DNA of 64,000 nucleotides from Myxococcaceae bacterium (GTDB lineage Bacteria; Myxococcota; Myxococcia; Myxococcales; Myxococcaceae): NCBI GenBank assembly GCA_044223505.1, contig JBGALX010000012.1, positions 154,174 to 218,173 of the forward strand, read 5' to 3'. Shown piece by piece: positions 1 to 14,118 of this stretch (position 1 is its first letter; each line of letters starts with the position of its first letter). The notes under the pieces were generated by a model. It saw only the letters and a program-made list of their open reading frames with translations, ran no database searches and was not told where the DNA came from. The position numbers and the translations under genes were made by a program.

Positions 1-261
1 GCCACGGTGCACGGCGTCGCGGCCATCGAGCCTGATCAGCCCGCCCTGCTCGCGGTCGCGAACGACGGCTGCACCGTCGGCCTCTACAGCGGCAAGAGCG
101 CCGTGAAGGTGCTCCGCGCGGCCTCGCGCATCGTGCGCCTCGCGGTCAGCCCGTTCAGCTCGCACTTCGCCTACGAAGACGAGGGCGGGCTGCTCTGCGT
201 GTACTCGCTGCGCCGCCAGCAGGTCGTGCTGCGCCTGTTGTCGGTGGGGAGCAAGCGGTGA
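1..261 (+). CDS. 3' end of a gene that begins upstream of the window. Its C-terminal segment (YEDEGGLLCVYSLRRQQVVLRLL) resembles the C-terminus of the next gene, so the two are probably paralogous.
   Basis: Open frame from base 1 with high GC3. Stop TGA at 259-261 overlaps the GTG start of the next gene (GTGA). C-terminal pattern Y-x-D-x-x-G-x-L-x-V-x-x-L...R-L-L matches gene 258..2885. Confidence 0.5.
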   Translation, partial: ATVHGVAAIEPDQPALLAVANDGCTVGLYSGKSAVKVLRAASRIVRLAVSPFSSHFAYEDEGGLLCVYSLRRQQVVLRLLSVGSKR

Positions 262-2885
262 ACCCGCTCGTCTACAAGGGCAGCGTGCTCGCCCGCGCCT
301 ACGCGCTCGGCGACAGCCCCCGCTCGCGCGCCGCCGTGCTCAGGCGCTGGCGCCCCGGCCACGACGTCTGGCGCTGGGGCGAGCGGCTCGTCTGGCAGCT
401 GCCCTCGCCCGAGCGCGTGGCGTGCGACGCCGCCCCTGGCCTGCCGCTCGTCGAGCACCTCCACCGCCTCTGCGCTGCGCCGTTCACCGCGAGACACCTC
501 GAGGGCGCGCCCGCCGGCATCGCCGCCGTCGAAGGAGGCGCCCTCGTCGTGCGCCCGCTCGGCGCCGCCGTCGACCCTGCGCGCTGGCTCGACGTCTCTT
601 CCTTCCGGCTCGCGGGCCCCGCGCTGCCGCTCGGCGAGCCGCCTCCGCCGCCCGAGCTCGTGTTCGCGCCGCGCCCGGTCACCGACGCCCGCACCGCGCT
701 CGGCATGCAGCCGCTCTCGGCCGAGGGCGCCGCCGTCGCAGAGGCCCTGCGCACCGGGCACACCGAGCCCGCGGCCCAGGCGCCCATTCGCATCGGCCCC
801 ATCGCGCGCGCGCTCGTCTCGACGGCGCGCCGGCTCACCGGCTGGCTGTCTCGCCTGTTCGCGCGGCCTGCGGCCGCTCCTCCGCAGGGCTCGAGCTCCA
901 ACGCGCTCGCGCCGCGCGCGCGGCCCGGCTGGCTCGAGCGCCTCGAGGGCTGGCTGCAGCGCGTGCTCGACGTCTCGCGGCTGTCGGCCGTCGTCGGGCG
1001 GCGGCAGGCCGACTACTTCGCGCGGCTGATGCAGATGTTCGAGCAGGGCGACCTCGACGCCGCCCTTCGTCACGCGGTGCCGCTCGCGAACGAGACGGCT
1101 CCGGCGCCGACCCGGCCATCGCTCGGCGTGCCGTCGCCGCGCGAGTCGCTCGACATTCGCCTCGGGCCGCGCGCGACCGGCGCCGGCGGCTACACGATGA
1201 GCGGCTACTACGACGAGCTGCGCCGCCGCTATCGCGCCGCCGTCGAGAAGCTCGAGCGCGAGGGCCGCTACAGGGACGCCGCGTTCGTGCTCGCCGAGTT
1301 GCTCAACGCCGAGAACGAAGCGGTCGCGCTGCTCGAGCGGCACGGCGAGTACCGGCTCGCCGCCGAGCTCGCCGAGGCGCGCGGGCTCGCTCCGGGGCTG
1401 CAGGTGCGCCAGTGGTTCCTCGCGAGAGACGTCGCGCGCGCGGTCGCCGTCGCGAGACGACACGGCGTGTTCGGCGACGCGGTGAGCCGGCTCCAGCGCT
1501 CGAACCACCAGGCCGAGGCGCGGCAGCTGCGCCTGTTGTGGGCCGACTCGCTCGCGAGCAGCGGCGACTTCTTCAACGCGGTCGCCACGCTCTGGGAGCA
1601 GGCCGACGCCCGCCCGCTCACGCGCCGGTGGCTCGAGCTCGGCATCGCCCAGGGCGGGCACGGGGCGGTGCGCCTCGAGGTGAAGCGGCTCGTGCTCGAC
1701 GGCGCGAAGGCCGACACCGGCTCGGCGCTGAAGCTGCTCGACTCCGACGACCCCGAGCTCGGGCTGCACCGCGCGCTGCTCGCCCACGAGGTGCAGGCGC
1801 AGGGTCGCCTGCTCGACGCCGGCGTCGCGAAGTCGCTCGCCCGCGCCACCGTGCGCACGCTCGTGCGCGAGGCGCTGCCAGCTCCGAAAGAGCTGCTCGA
1901 GCTCGCCGCCGACGGAGCGCTCAAGGCCGACCTGCCGCCCGAGCGCACGTCCGACCGCGTGCGCCTCTCGTCGCGCACGCCCCCGCTGCGCATCGACGTC
2001 GAGCCGTGGGACAGGGGCGCGCTGCCGGTGCACGACGCGGCGCTCTTGCCCGACGGGCGCATGCTGCTCGCGCTCGGCGAGGTGGGCGCGCGGCTCGTCG
2101 CGCGCGATGGCCGCACCGTCGCGCACTTCGACGTGCCCGCCGAGTCGCTCGTGCCCTTCGACGCCGGCGGCGCCGCCCTGTGCCTCGCGCGCCGCGGCGA
2201 GGTCTTCGTGACGTCGCGGCTGAACCTGCTCGACCGCACCGTCGTGCCGCTGCCGCAGCTGCGGCTCTTCACGTTCTGCGACGGCACCGACGGCTCGATG
2301 TGGTTCGTGCACGACGGCCAGGCGCTGAGCGGCCTCGACCTGCACGACGCGCGGCTGCCGGCGCTGTGGCGCGTGCCGATGCCACCCATTCTCGGGCGCC
2401 CTCAGCGCAGCGGCATCGCGCTCGGCGCGGTGCCGTCACCGGCTCCGGGAGAGCTCGAGTGGTGGCGCTACGAGCTGCCGTCGCTCACGCTGCGCGCGCG
2501 GCAGCAGCTGCAGCTGCCTCCGGTGAACGAGCGCGTGCACGTCGCCGCTGACGGGAACACGTGCGTCACGCAGGGCGGCATCGCGTGGCTGCAGCAGTTC
2601 AGCGGTTCGAGTCGGCGGCAGCTGACCGGGCTCGCCGGCGGTGTCATCACCGAGCTCGAGGGCACGGGAGACTGGTTCTCGCTCGTCGCCCGCAGCGAGA
2701 CCGGCAACCGGTGGATGCTGGCGGACCACGGCGGTTCGACGGTTCGCTTCGTCGCGCAGCTTCCGCGCACGCAGTTCAACGTGCGCATGCGGCCGGACGT
2801 CGCGGTGTACGCCGACGCCGAGGGGCGCGTGCTCGCGGTCGACCTCGTGTTCGGGCGGCTGATGCGGAACCTGCGGGTGCGGTGA
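258..2885 (+). CDS. Large hypothetical protein of 875 aa with no signal peptide. The C-terminal third looks beta-rich (possibly propeller-like) and ends in the same motif as the upstream partial gene.
   Basis: Long ORF with high GC3 and a GTG start overlapping the upstream stop. The overlapping minus-strand 724-aa and plus-strand 709-aa ORFs are Arg/Ala-rich nonsense. No catalytic motif recognised. Confidence 0.7.
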   Translation: MNPLVYKGSVLARAYALGDSPRSRAAVLRRWRPGHDVWRWGERLVWQLPSPERVACDAAPGLPLVEHLHRLCAAPFTARHLEGAPAGIAAVEGGALVVRPLGAAVDPARWLDVSSFRLAGPALPLGEPPPPPELVFAPRPVTDARTALGMQPLSAEGAAVAEALRTGHTEPAAQAPIRIGPIARALVSTARRLTGWLSRLFARPAAAPPQGSSSNALAPRARPGWLERLEGWLQRVLDVSRLSAVVGRRQADYFARLMQMFEQGDLDAALRHAVPLANETAPAPTRPSLGVPSPRESLDIRLGPRATGAGGYTMSGYYDELRRRYRAAVEKLEREGRYRDAAFVLAELLNAENEAVALLERHGEYRLAAELAEARGLAPGLQVRQWFLARDVARAVAVARRHGVFGDAVSRLQRSNHQAEARQLRLLWADSLASSGDFFNAVATLWEQADARPLTRRWLELGIAQGGHGAVRLEVKRLVLDGAKADTGSALKLLDSDDPELGLHRALLAHEVQAQGRLLDAGVAKSLARATVRTLVREALPAPKELLELAADGALKADLPPERTSDRVRLSSRTPPLRIDVEPWDRGALPVHDAALLPDGRMLLALGEVGARLVARDGRTVAHFDVPAESLVPFDAGGAALCLARRGEVFVTSRLNLLDRTVVPLPQLRLFTFCDGTDGSMWFVHDGQALSGLDLHDARLPALWRVPMPPILGRPQRSGIALGAVPSPAPGELEWWRYELPSLTLRARQQLQLPPVNERVHVAADGNTCVTQGGIAWLQQFSGSSRRQLTGLAGGVITELEGTGDWFSLVARSETGNRWMLADHGGSTVRFVAQLPRTQFNVRMRPDVAVYADAEGRVLAVDLVFGRLMRNLRVR

Positions 2886-3844
2886 TGCTCGACGCGTTGT
2901 GGGAGCGCGTTCGACTGAACCCTCGCGACGACGAGGCGCGGCGCGTGCTCGGCGACGCGCTGCTCGAGGCCGGCGACCCTCGAGGCGAGCTCATCGCCGT
3001 GCAGTGCCAGCTCGCGGCCGTCGACGCCGACGAGCGCGGGCCCGAGCTGCAGCGCCTCGTCGCGCGCGAGAACGAGCTGCTCGACGCGCACGGCGCCGGC
3101 TGGGTCGAGGGCTGGCCGTTCGACCTCAAGCCCCGGTTCGTCCGCGGCTTCCCCGAGCGGCAGCACGGGCCCGCGATGGAGCTCGTGCGGCACTACGGGC
3201 GCGCCCGCGAGCTCGCTCCGACGCTGTGCGATGTCGTGTTCACCGACGAAGAGCCGCGCGCGTGGTCGAGCGCGTTTCGCATGTTCGTCGCGGCGTACCG
3301 CGACCGCCCGTTTCGCCACCTGACGCTGCCCGTGACGTTCGCACCGCGAGACCTCGAGGCGCTCGAGCAGCTCGACGTCGAGGCGCTCACGTTCACCGGC
3401 GGCGTGGTGAACGAGCTCGGCGCAGCGGCCGGCCTGCGCGGGCTGACGCTCGAGTTCGACGTGGGCCTGCGCGCGGTGCCGTCGACGCTGCGCACGCTGG
3501 TGCTGCGCGGCAACGAGATGCCGTCGCTGCCGCAGCTGCCCGAGCTCGAGCGGCTGACGCTCGACCGCGTTCACACGCGCGTGACTCCGACGCGGCTGCC
3601 GAAGCTCGCGCGGCTCGAGCTGTTCGACACCGAGCTGGGCAAGCAGGGGCTCCACGCGGTGCTCAGCGTGGGCCACCCGAGGGTGCGCCGGCTGGGCCTG
3701 CGCGGCGAGCGCCTCGACGGTGAGCTCGCCGCGCTGCTCGAGCGCTGGCCGGGGCTCGAGGTGCTCGACGTGCGCGGCTGCACCGTGCCGCCGCGCGCGC
3801 TCGACGCGCCGGCCGTGCAGCGCCTGCGAACGCTGCTGCGGTAG
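2885..3844 (+). CDS. TIGR02996-type 'repeat-companion' N-terminal domain followed by a leucine-rich-repeat protein.
   Basis: N-terminus MLDALWERVRLNPRDDEARRVLGDALLEAGDPRGELIAVQCQL matches the recalled TIGR02996 signature (NPDDD..R.VYADWLEE.GDPRGEFI.LQ). C-terminus holds LxxLxL repeats (LTLEFDV, LRTLVLRGN, LERLTLDRV, LARLELFDT). ATG overlaps the upstream TGA (ATGA). Confidence 0.7.
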   Translation: MLDALWERVRLNPRDDEARRVLGDALLEAGDPRGELIAVQCQLAAVDADERGPELQRLVARENELLDAHGAGWVEGWPFDLKPRFVRGFPERQHGPAMELVRHYGRARELAPTLCDVVFTDEEPRAWSSAFRMFVAAYRDRPFRHLTLPVTFAPRDLEALEQLDVEALTFTGGVVNELGAAAGLRGLTLEFDVGLRAVPSTLRTLVLRGNEMPSLPQLPELERLTLDRVHTRVTPTRLPKLARLELFDTELGKQGLHAVLSVGHPRVRRLGLRGERLDGELAALLERWPGLEVLDVRGCTVPPRALDAPAVQRLRTLLR

Positions 3845-3858
3845 TAGCGTTCACTCCC

Positions 3859-4263
3859 ATGAACGGCGTACTCCTCCTCGCGCTGCTGCTGCAGGTGAGC
3901 CCGGGCGGCACGCTGTACGTGAAGGGTGAGGGTGTCGAGCTGCGCTCGCGCGCGCGCAACGGCAAGGTGCTCGCGAAGCTGGCCGCAGGCACCGAGGTGA
4001 AGTGGCTCGGCACCGACCCGAAGGACCCGTCGTGGCACCGCATCGAGGTGGGCGGGAAGACGGGCTTCGTGCCGATGTCGTCGCTGACGACGCAGAAGGC
4101 CATCACGGAAGAAGAGGCCGCGAGGCCGCCTCCGCTCGGGCCGCCTCCCTACGCCGCCGACCCTGCGTACGTCGCGCTCGAGCGGCTCACCGAGGGCACC
4201 CGCGCGCAGCGCGCGAAGGTCCAAGCGCACGCCCGGGCTGCAGGGCTGACGGTGAGCCCGTGA
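3859..4263 (+). CDS. Secreted protein with a bacterial SH3 domain.
   Basis: Signal peptide MNGVLLLALLLQVSPG. SH3b-like core GTEVKWLGTDPKDPSWHRIEVGGKTGFVPMSSL. High GC3. Confidence 0.6.
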   Translation: MNGVLLLALLLQVSPGGTLYVKGEGVELRSRARNGKVLAKLAAGTEVKWLGTDPKDPSWHRIEVGGKTGFVPMSSLTTQKAITEEEAARPPPLGPPPYAADPAYVALERLTEGTRAQRAKVQAHARAAGLTVSP

Positions 4264-5225
4264 GAGGGCTGGTCGCCGGCTGCGCCCTCGCGGTGTGCGC
4301 GTGCGCGAGCGAGAAGGAGGCGAGGCGCACTCCCGCTCCGGTAGACCCGGTGGCGCTGGCCTACCCCGGCCTCACCCGCGAGCAGGTGGCGCAGCTCGTC
4401 GCTGAGCGCGTCGCGGCGGCGCGGGTCCGCGGCGATGGCGAGTGCAAGCCGCTCGACGCGCGCGGAGTGCCGTGGGACGAGGAGCACTTCTTCGGCGCGG
4501 CGCTCGCGATCGAGCTCGTCCGTCAGGTGACGCTCGTCGACGCGCAGAGCCCGAGACAGGCGTACGTGCAGGTGGTGGGGCTGCAGGTCGCGGGCGCGCT
4601 GCGCCGCCCCGAGGTGGAGTGGACGTTCGGCGTGTTCGACGACTCGACGCCGAAGCTCGTGGTGGCCATGGGCGGCTACGTGCTGGTGAGCACCGGGCTC
4701 TTCGCGAAGACGAAGAACGAGGCCGAGCTCGCAGCCGTGCTCGCCCTCGGCGTCGCGCGCGCCGAGGGGCTCGAGGTGAAGCGCTACGTGCGCGCTCGCG
4801 CCGCCGCGTGCCGGGTCGCGCTCACCGCGCACCACGTGGTCTCGGTGACCGCCTCGAGCGCTCCGGGGCTCGAGGCCTTCGTCCCGGACTCACGCTTCGG
4901 CATCGCGATGCGCAAGTTCGCGCTGCACGACCCGTTCTATGTCGGTGACGAGCGCGTCGACCGCAGCTTCGTGGCCTGGTTCATCGGTCACGTCGTCGAG
5001 ACCGAGCGCCTCGAGGGCGATCGCGACGAGGAGCTCGGCGAGCTCGGCCGCGAAGCGTTCGGGCTGCTCGAGCGGGCGGGCTACGACGCGAGCACGCTGG
5101 CCCCGATGCTGACCGAGCTCGACCCCGTTCGCTACGCGCCGGCCCTCGCGGCCACGAGCGCGCTGAGCCCGAAGGCCGGCGGCAAGCGCCCCGAGCTTCC
5201 ACCGGCGCTCGAATCGGTGCCGTGA
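4260..5225 (+). CDS. Lipoprotein related to M48 peptidases but lacking the HExxH zinc site, so a putative pseudo-peptidase.
   Basis: GTG start overlaps the upstream stop. Lipobox LAVCAC. Segment GGYVLVSTGLFAKTKNEAELAAVLALGVARAEG aligns with the M48 motif GG.IyvttGLl....nEaELAaVLaHEigH, with HEIGH replaced by LGVAR. Confidence 0.55.
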   Translation: MRGLVAGCALAVCACASEKEARRTPAPVDPVALAYPGLTREQVAQLVAERVAAARVRGDGECKPLDARGVPWDEEHFFGAALAIELVRQVTLVDAQSPRQAYVQVVGLQVAGALRRPEVEWTFGVFDDSTPKLVVAMGGYVLVSTGLFAKTKNEAELAAVLALGVARAEGLEVKRYVRARAAACRVALTAHHVVSVTASSAPGLEAFVPDSRFGIAMRKFALHDPFYVGDERVDRSFVAWFIGHVVETERLEGDRDEELGELGREAFGLLERAGYDASTLAPMLTELDPVRYAPALAATSALSPKAGGKRPELPPALESVP

Positions 5226-5277
5226 GCGACGCGGCTCCTCGGGTAGACTCTCCGCGTCTCCCTCGCCCCAGGAGCTC

Positions 5278-9738
<4,461 letters not shown>

Positions 9739-10377
9739 GCGCCGGTGGTGTGCAGCGCTGCCTGAAAGTCGCGCCGCGCGAGGCGCAGCCGCGAGTACGC
9801 CGTGTTCAGCGGGACGTCGAGGGCGTCTGCGATCTCGGGCATCGCGAGGCCGTCGAGCTCGTGGAGCACGAAGATCGCACGGCGCTCGAGCGGCAGCGTC
9901 GCGAGCAGACGCTGCACCAGGCCCCGCAGCTGCTGCTCGTAGACCCGCGCCTCGGGACCTGGCTGGGCGTCCGCAAGCTCGAGGCCGCAGTCATCGAGCG
10001 AGCTCGCCTCGCGCCGCACCGAGAGCCGACCGCGAAAGTCGCTCGCGATGCGAAACGAAATGCCGAACAGCCAGGGCTTGATCGGCCGCCGCGGGTCGTA
10101 CTCGCCGAGCTTGCGCCACGCCACCAGGAAGACGTCGTGCACGAGGTCCTCGAGGTGCGCCGGAGCGACGCCGAGTCGGCGCAGCGACGTCCACACGTAG
10201 TCGAGATTCTGCTCGTACAGGTCCTCGAAGCGGAGCATGGCCGCGCCTCATAGCGATCTTCCGAGCTCACGGGAGTGACGCCCGGCGCCAGCCCCAGTGC
10301 CTGTCGATGCCACGGCCTGCGTCGCCGCATTTTGCTCCACGCCTTGTTCGCTGAAGAGCGTGCGGTAGAAGCGCCGC

Positions 10378-11913
10378 ATGAAGCGGCTCGCGGCGCTCGC
10401 GCTGCTCGTCACGGCCTGCCCGCTGAGCTCCGGCACCCCGCCGCTCTACGGCTGCGCCTCTGATGACGACTGCGCGCCTCCGCTCACGTGCCGCGGCGGC
10501 GTCTGCGCCGGTGCGACCGGCGGCGGCATCGCCACCTCCGAAGACGCTGGCGCCGGCGGCACTGGCGGCGGCGCCGCCGGCGGCACCGAGCAAGAGAACC
10601 CACTCCTCGACTTCCTCACGGTCGGCACCATCACCGCGGCCCGCTGCATCGCCGTCACGCTGACCCTCAGCGGCTCGACGAGCACCCACGCCGTCACCTT
10701 CAGCGCGACGCCGGCCGGCATGACGCTGTGGTCGGACGCGTCGTGCACCCAGGCGCTCGGCACGAAGCAGCTCTCGCTGCAGATGACGAACACCACCGTC
10801 TACGTCCGCGCGCTCACCGGGCAGGTCTACACCCTCACCGCGCAGTCGCCGACCGTGCCGCTGCCCGCGGCCGTCACGGTGACGGTGCTTCCGCTCGTGC
10901 GCAGCGGCACGTGCACCCTGGCCGTCGGTGTCGGCTCCATCTCGTGCCCCATCACGCCGCCGCAAGAGAACCTGAACGAGACGTTCCTCGCGTACCAGGC
11001 GAGCTCCGGCGCCGTGAACGACCACGCGTCGGTCGCGACGCGCTGCACGCTCGCGTCGGTCGCGCAGGTGCTGTGCGAGCGCACGGGCACCGCCGGCGAC
11101 GTCGCGATCACCTGGCAGACCGCCGAGGTCCCCGGGCTCGACGCGCAGCGCCTCGACCTCGCCTGCGACGGCTCGGCCGCCCGCACGCTCGCGCTCCAAC
11201 GCCCCATCGACCCCGCGCGCAGCTTCGTCACCTACGGCGTCAAACAGACCGGCGCCTACTTCAGCGCCAACGACGCCTTCGCCGCCACGCTCTCGGACGC
11301 CGGCGTCGCGTTCAGCTGGGGCGCGGCCTGCGACGAGAACGCCACCATCACCGCGCAGGTCGTGCAGTGGCCGGGCGCCTCGGTCGTGCGCGGCGTGCTC
11401 GGCGTCGACGCGGGCCTCGCCACCGTCGCGGCCTTGAACCTCGCCGTCGCGCAGTCGGCGTTCGCGCTCGCCACGTGGACGACGTCGGCCGGCATCGCCG
11501 ACGCGCCGTGCGCCTCGATGCTGCGCGTCTCGACTCCTGCTTCTCGCACCGTCGTGGTGGCGCGCGGCGACGGCGGCGCCTGCCTCTTGCCCGAGCTGCC
11601 GCGCGTTTCGTACGAGCGCGTCGAGCTCGGCGCCTTCGGACGTGTGCAGCAGGTGACCCTCGCGATGGACGTCGGCGCGTCGTCGGCGAGCGCGACGGTG
11701 CAGGCCACCGACACCACGCGCACGCTCGTGCTCGCCGGAGCTCAGACGGGCGGCCAGGGGCTCGCCATCGGCGAAGGCCTGCTCGAGTCGCCGAGCGCGG
11801 TGCCCGACTTCGCCGCGACCCTTCGCCTGCAGGGCACGCAGCTGATCGCCGACCGCAAGAGCGCCCGCGCCGCGTCGAGGTGGACGGTGTTCGTGGTCGA
11901 GCTCAGCCCGTGA
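10378..11913 (+). CDS. Lipoprotein, paralogue 1 of a tandem three-gene family.
   Basis: Lipobox LLVTAC. N-terminal Cys knot GCASDDDCAPPLTCRGGVCAG. C-terminus ...RWTVFVVELSP. Blocks shared with paralogues 2 and 3: LVRSGTC, ITWQTAEV, TRTLVLAG. Confidence 0.7.
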   Translation: MKRLAALALLVTACPLSSGTPPLYGCASDDDCAPPLTCRGGVCAGATGGGIATSEDAGAGGTGGGAAGGTEQENPLLDFLTVGTITAARCIAVTLTLSGSTSTHAVTFSATPAGMTLWSDASCTQALGTKQLSLQMTNTTVYVRALTGQVYTLTAQSPTVPLPAAVTVTVLPLVRSGTCTLAVGVGSISCPITPPQENLNETFLAYQASSGAVNDHASVATRCTLASVAQVLCERTGTAGDVAITWQTAEVPGLDAQRLDLACDGSAARTLALQRPIDPARSFVTYGVKQTGAYFSANDAFAATLSDAGVAFSWGAACDENATITAQVVQWPGASVVRGVLGVDAGLATVAALNLAVAQSAFALATWTTSAGIADAPCASMLRVSTPASRTVVVARGDGGACLLPELPRVSYERVELGAFGRVQQVTLAMDVGASSASATVQATDTTRTLVLAGAQTGGQGLAIGEGLLESPSAVPDFAATLRLQGTQLIADRKSARAASRWTVFVVELSP

Positions 11914-11934
11914 GAGACTCGCGCCCAACGGTTC

Positions 11935-14118
11935 ATGCGTCGCCTCCTCCCGATGGTGCTCGCGTTCTCGGGCGCCTGCACGTGTCAGCCCTTCGGCCCG
12001 CCTGACGCCGGCCTGTTCCGCTGCACCGACGACAGCGACTGTCTGCCCGGCTACGAGTGCATCGGGCGCGTCTGTCTGCCTCAGGGCACGCCGTCGGCCG
12101 GCGGTGGCGGCGCGACCGCGGGCGGCGGCCAGGCGACGAGCGGCGGCTCTGGCGGAGGCTTCGGCACCGCCGGTGGCGGCGGCACCGCGACCGCGGGTGG
12201 CGGAGGCAGCGCCGGCGGCAGCACTGCGGGCGGTGGCGCCACCGCGGGCGGAGCAACCGCAGGCGGCTCCATGGCCGGAGGCGGCACTGCAGGCGGCGGG
12301 CGCGCCGGCGGCGGCGCGTCGGGCGGCAGCACTGCGGGCGGAGGTGCCGCGGGCGGCGCCACGGCCGGCGGAGGCGCCGCGGGCGGCGGCAGCATGCTGA
12401 TGCTGCAGCTCGCGTTCATCACGAGCAGCCAGACGTTCCTCGCCTCGTCGTGCTCGCCGGCCATCACCATCGAGCTGCAGAACCTCGCGGGCAGCCCGGC
12501 GCCGCAGGCGGGCGCGGTGAACGTGTCGCTCTCGGCGCTGCCGGCGGGGCTGCTCTTCTACAACTCGGCCACCTGCGGAGCGCAGATCTCGAGCGTCACG
12601 ATTCCCGCAATGCAGGCGCGCGCGACCTTCTACGTCCGCGCGACGGTGCCGAACACGTACACGGTCAACGTGAGCAACGCGCTCGCGGTGCCGGGCTCGC
12701 AGGCGCAGATGGTGACTCCGCAGACGCCGACGAAGCTGGTGTTCACGAACGTCATCAACAACGGCGTCGGAGCCGGCGCGTGCCGCCTGCTCACGGTACA
12801 GCAGCAAGACTCTGCGAGCGTGCCGGTGGTCGCGGGCGCCGCCGGAGTGCCCGTGACGCTCGACGCGACGCCCGCGACCATCTCTGGGATGCAGTTCTTC
12901 ACGAACAGCACCTGCACCATGTCGGCCGGCACGAACGTGCAGATTCCCGCGGGGGCGAGCTCGGTCTCGTTCTACGCCTCGGCGTGGACCGGCACCTCGT
13001 ACACGCTGACGGCCAGCTTCGGGGCGCTGACGCCGGGCACGCAGGGCTTCCAGGTGCGGCCGCTCGTGCGCCGCGGCAGCTGCAGCCTCGGCATGGCGGC
13101 GACGAGCGTGATGTGCACGATTCCGGCGCCCGTGCAGGTGTCGCCGGCGCGCACCGCGCTCTACTACCAGGCGGTGAGCTCGAGCGCGTCGCTCGCGGCC
13201 GCGGCGGTGCGCTGCGAGCTCACGGCCGCGTCGCTCATCACCTGCTCCCGCAGCGCGAGCGGCTCGCCCGCCACCGTCTACTGGCAGACCGTCGAGCTCG
13301 ACACCGGCTTCAACGTGCTGCGCGCGACCGCCGCGTGCCCGAACGACGGAGGCACACGCATCGTCGTGCCGTTCACGAGCTCCGGCACGTTCGTGCTCAC
13401 CTCGCAGAGCACCGGCACCACCGACCTCGACGGCACGACGCTCGCGACCGCCGAGCGCGTCGACGGCGGCGTCGCCGTCGAGTGGGCGACGCCCTGCACG
13501 ACGGCCGGCGGCGGCTACCAGGTCGCGCTGCAGGCAGTGGCGCTGACGGGCGCGACCGGGCAGCTCGCCTCGGGCACGCTGGCCGCGGGCTCGACGTCGG
13601 CGACGCTCGCGCTCGCGTCGGGCGGCTCGGGCACTCCGTTCGTGCTGACGACCCACACACTGACCGGCGGCAGCAACGCCGAGCTGTGCAGCCGGGCGCT
13701 GCGGGCCGAGAGCAACGGCACGGGCGTGGCGCTCAGCCGCGCGAACGGCTCGATGGCGGCGGCGTGCACCGACGAGTCGCTGCCGAACGTGCTGGCCGAG
13801 CGCGTGTACCTCGGCACGAACGGCCAGGTCGACGCGCTGAACACGACGCTGGCGCAGGGCGACTCGACCGCGGCGGTGGCGCTGCCGCGCGCGGTCGACG
13901 CCACGCGCACGCTGGTGTTCGCGAGCGGCCAGTACGGCGGAGCCGGGCAGGGCGGCGGCGAGAGCGCGCTCAACAGCGGCAACGCGCTCGGTGACGCCGT
14001 CGCGGGCCACGTGCTCGACGCCGGCGCAGACTTCTCGTCGGCCGAGCTGCTCCTCATTCGAGGCTCGACGCTCGGCGCCACGCGGTGGACGAGCTACGTG
14101 GTGGAGCTCGGCCCGTGA
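11935..14118 (+). CDS. Lipoprotein, paralogue 2. It carries a long Gly/Ala/Thr low-complexity insert.
   Basis: Lipobox AFSGAC. Knot FRCTDDSDCLPGYECIGRVCLPQG. Conserved blocks LVRRGSCSLG, VYWQTVEL, TRTLVFASGQ. C-terminus RWTSYVVELGP. Confidence 0.7.
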   Translation: MRRLLPMVLAFSGACTCQPFGPPDAGLFRCTDDSDCLPGYECIGRVCLPQGTPSAGGGGATAGGGQATSGGSGGGFGTAGGGGTATAGGGGSAGGSTAGGGATAGGATAGGSMAGGGTAGGGRAGGGASGGSTAGGGAAGGATAGGGAAGGGSMLMLQLAFITSSQTFLASSCSPAITIELQNLAGSPAPQAGAVNVSLSALPAGLLFYNSATCGAQISSVTIPAMQARATFYVRATVPNTYTVNVSNALAVPGSQAQMVTPQTPTKLVFTNVINNGVGAGACRLLTVQQQDSASVPVVAGAAGVPVTLDATPATISGMQFFTNSTCTMSAGTNVQIPAGASSVSFYASAWTGTSYTLTASFGALTPGTQGFQVRPLVRRGSCSLGMAATSVMCTIPAPVQVSPARTALYYQAVSSSASLAAAAVRCELTAASLITCSRSASGSPATVYWQTVELDTGFNVLRATAACPNDGGTRIVVPFTSSGTFVLTSQSTGTTDLDGTTLATAERVDGGVAVEWATPCTTAGGGYQVALQAVALTGATGQLASGTLAAGSTSATLALASGGSGTPFVLTTHTLTGGSNAELCSRALRAESNGTGVALSRANGSMAAACTDESLPNVLAERVYLGTNGQVDALNTTLAQGDSTAAVALPRAVDATRTLVFASGQYGGAGQGGGESALNSGNALGDAVAGHVLDAGADFSSAELLLIRGSTLGATRWTSYVVELGP

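Noticed and set aside
171-2345. 724-aa minus-strand ORF, antisense to the 875-aa gene.
   Set aside because: Extreme Arg/Ala/Glu composition, no start context, and GC is concentrated at codon positions 1-2. It is a typical antisense artefact of a 70 % GC coding region.
422-2551. 709-aa plus-strand ORF in another frame, with Arg runs such as RRRPRRAPARRRRRP.
   Set aside because: Off-frame artefact. Frame 258..2885 has the high GC3 and the plausible protein.
10267-14010. 1247-aa minus-strand ORF across the paralogue array.
   Set aside because: Poly-Arg/Gly nonsense, antisense to three well-supported lipoprotein genes.
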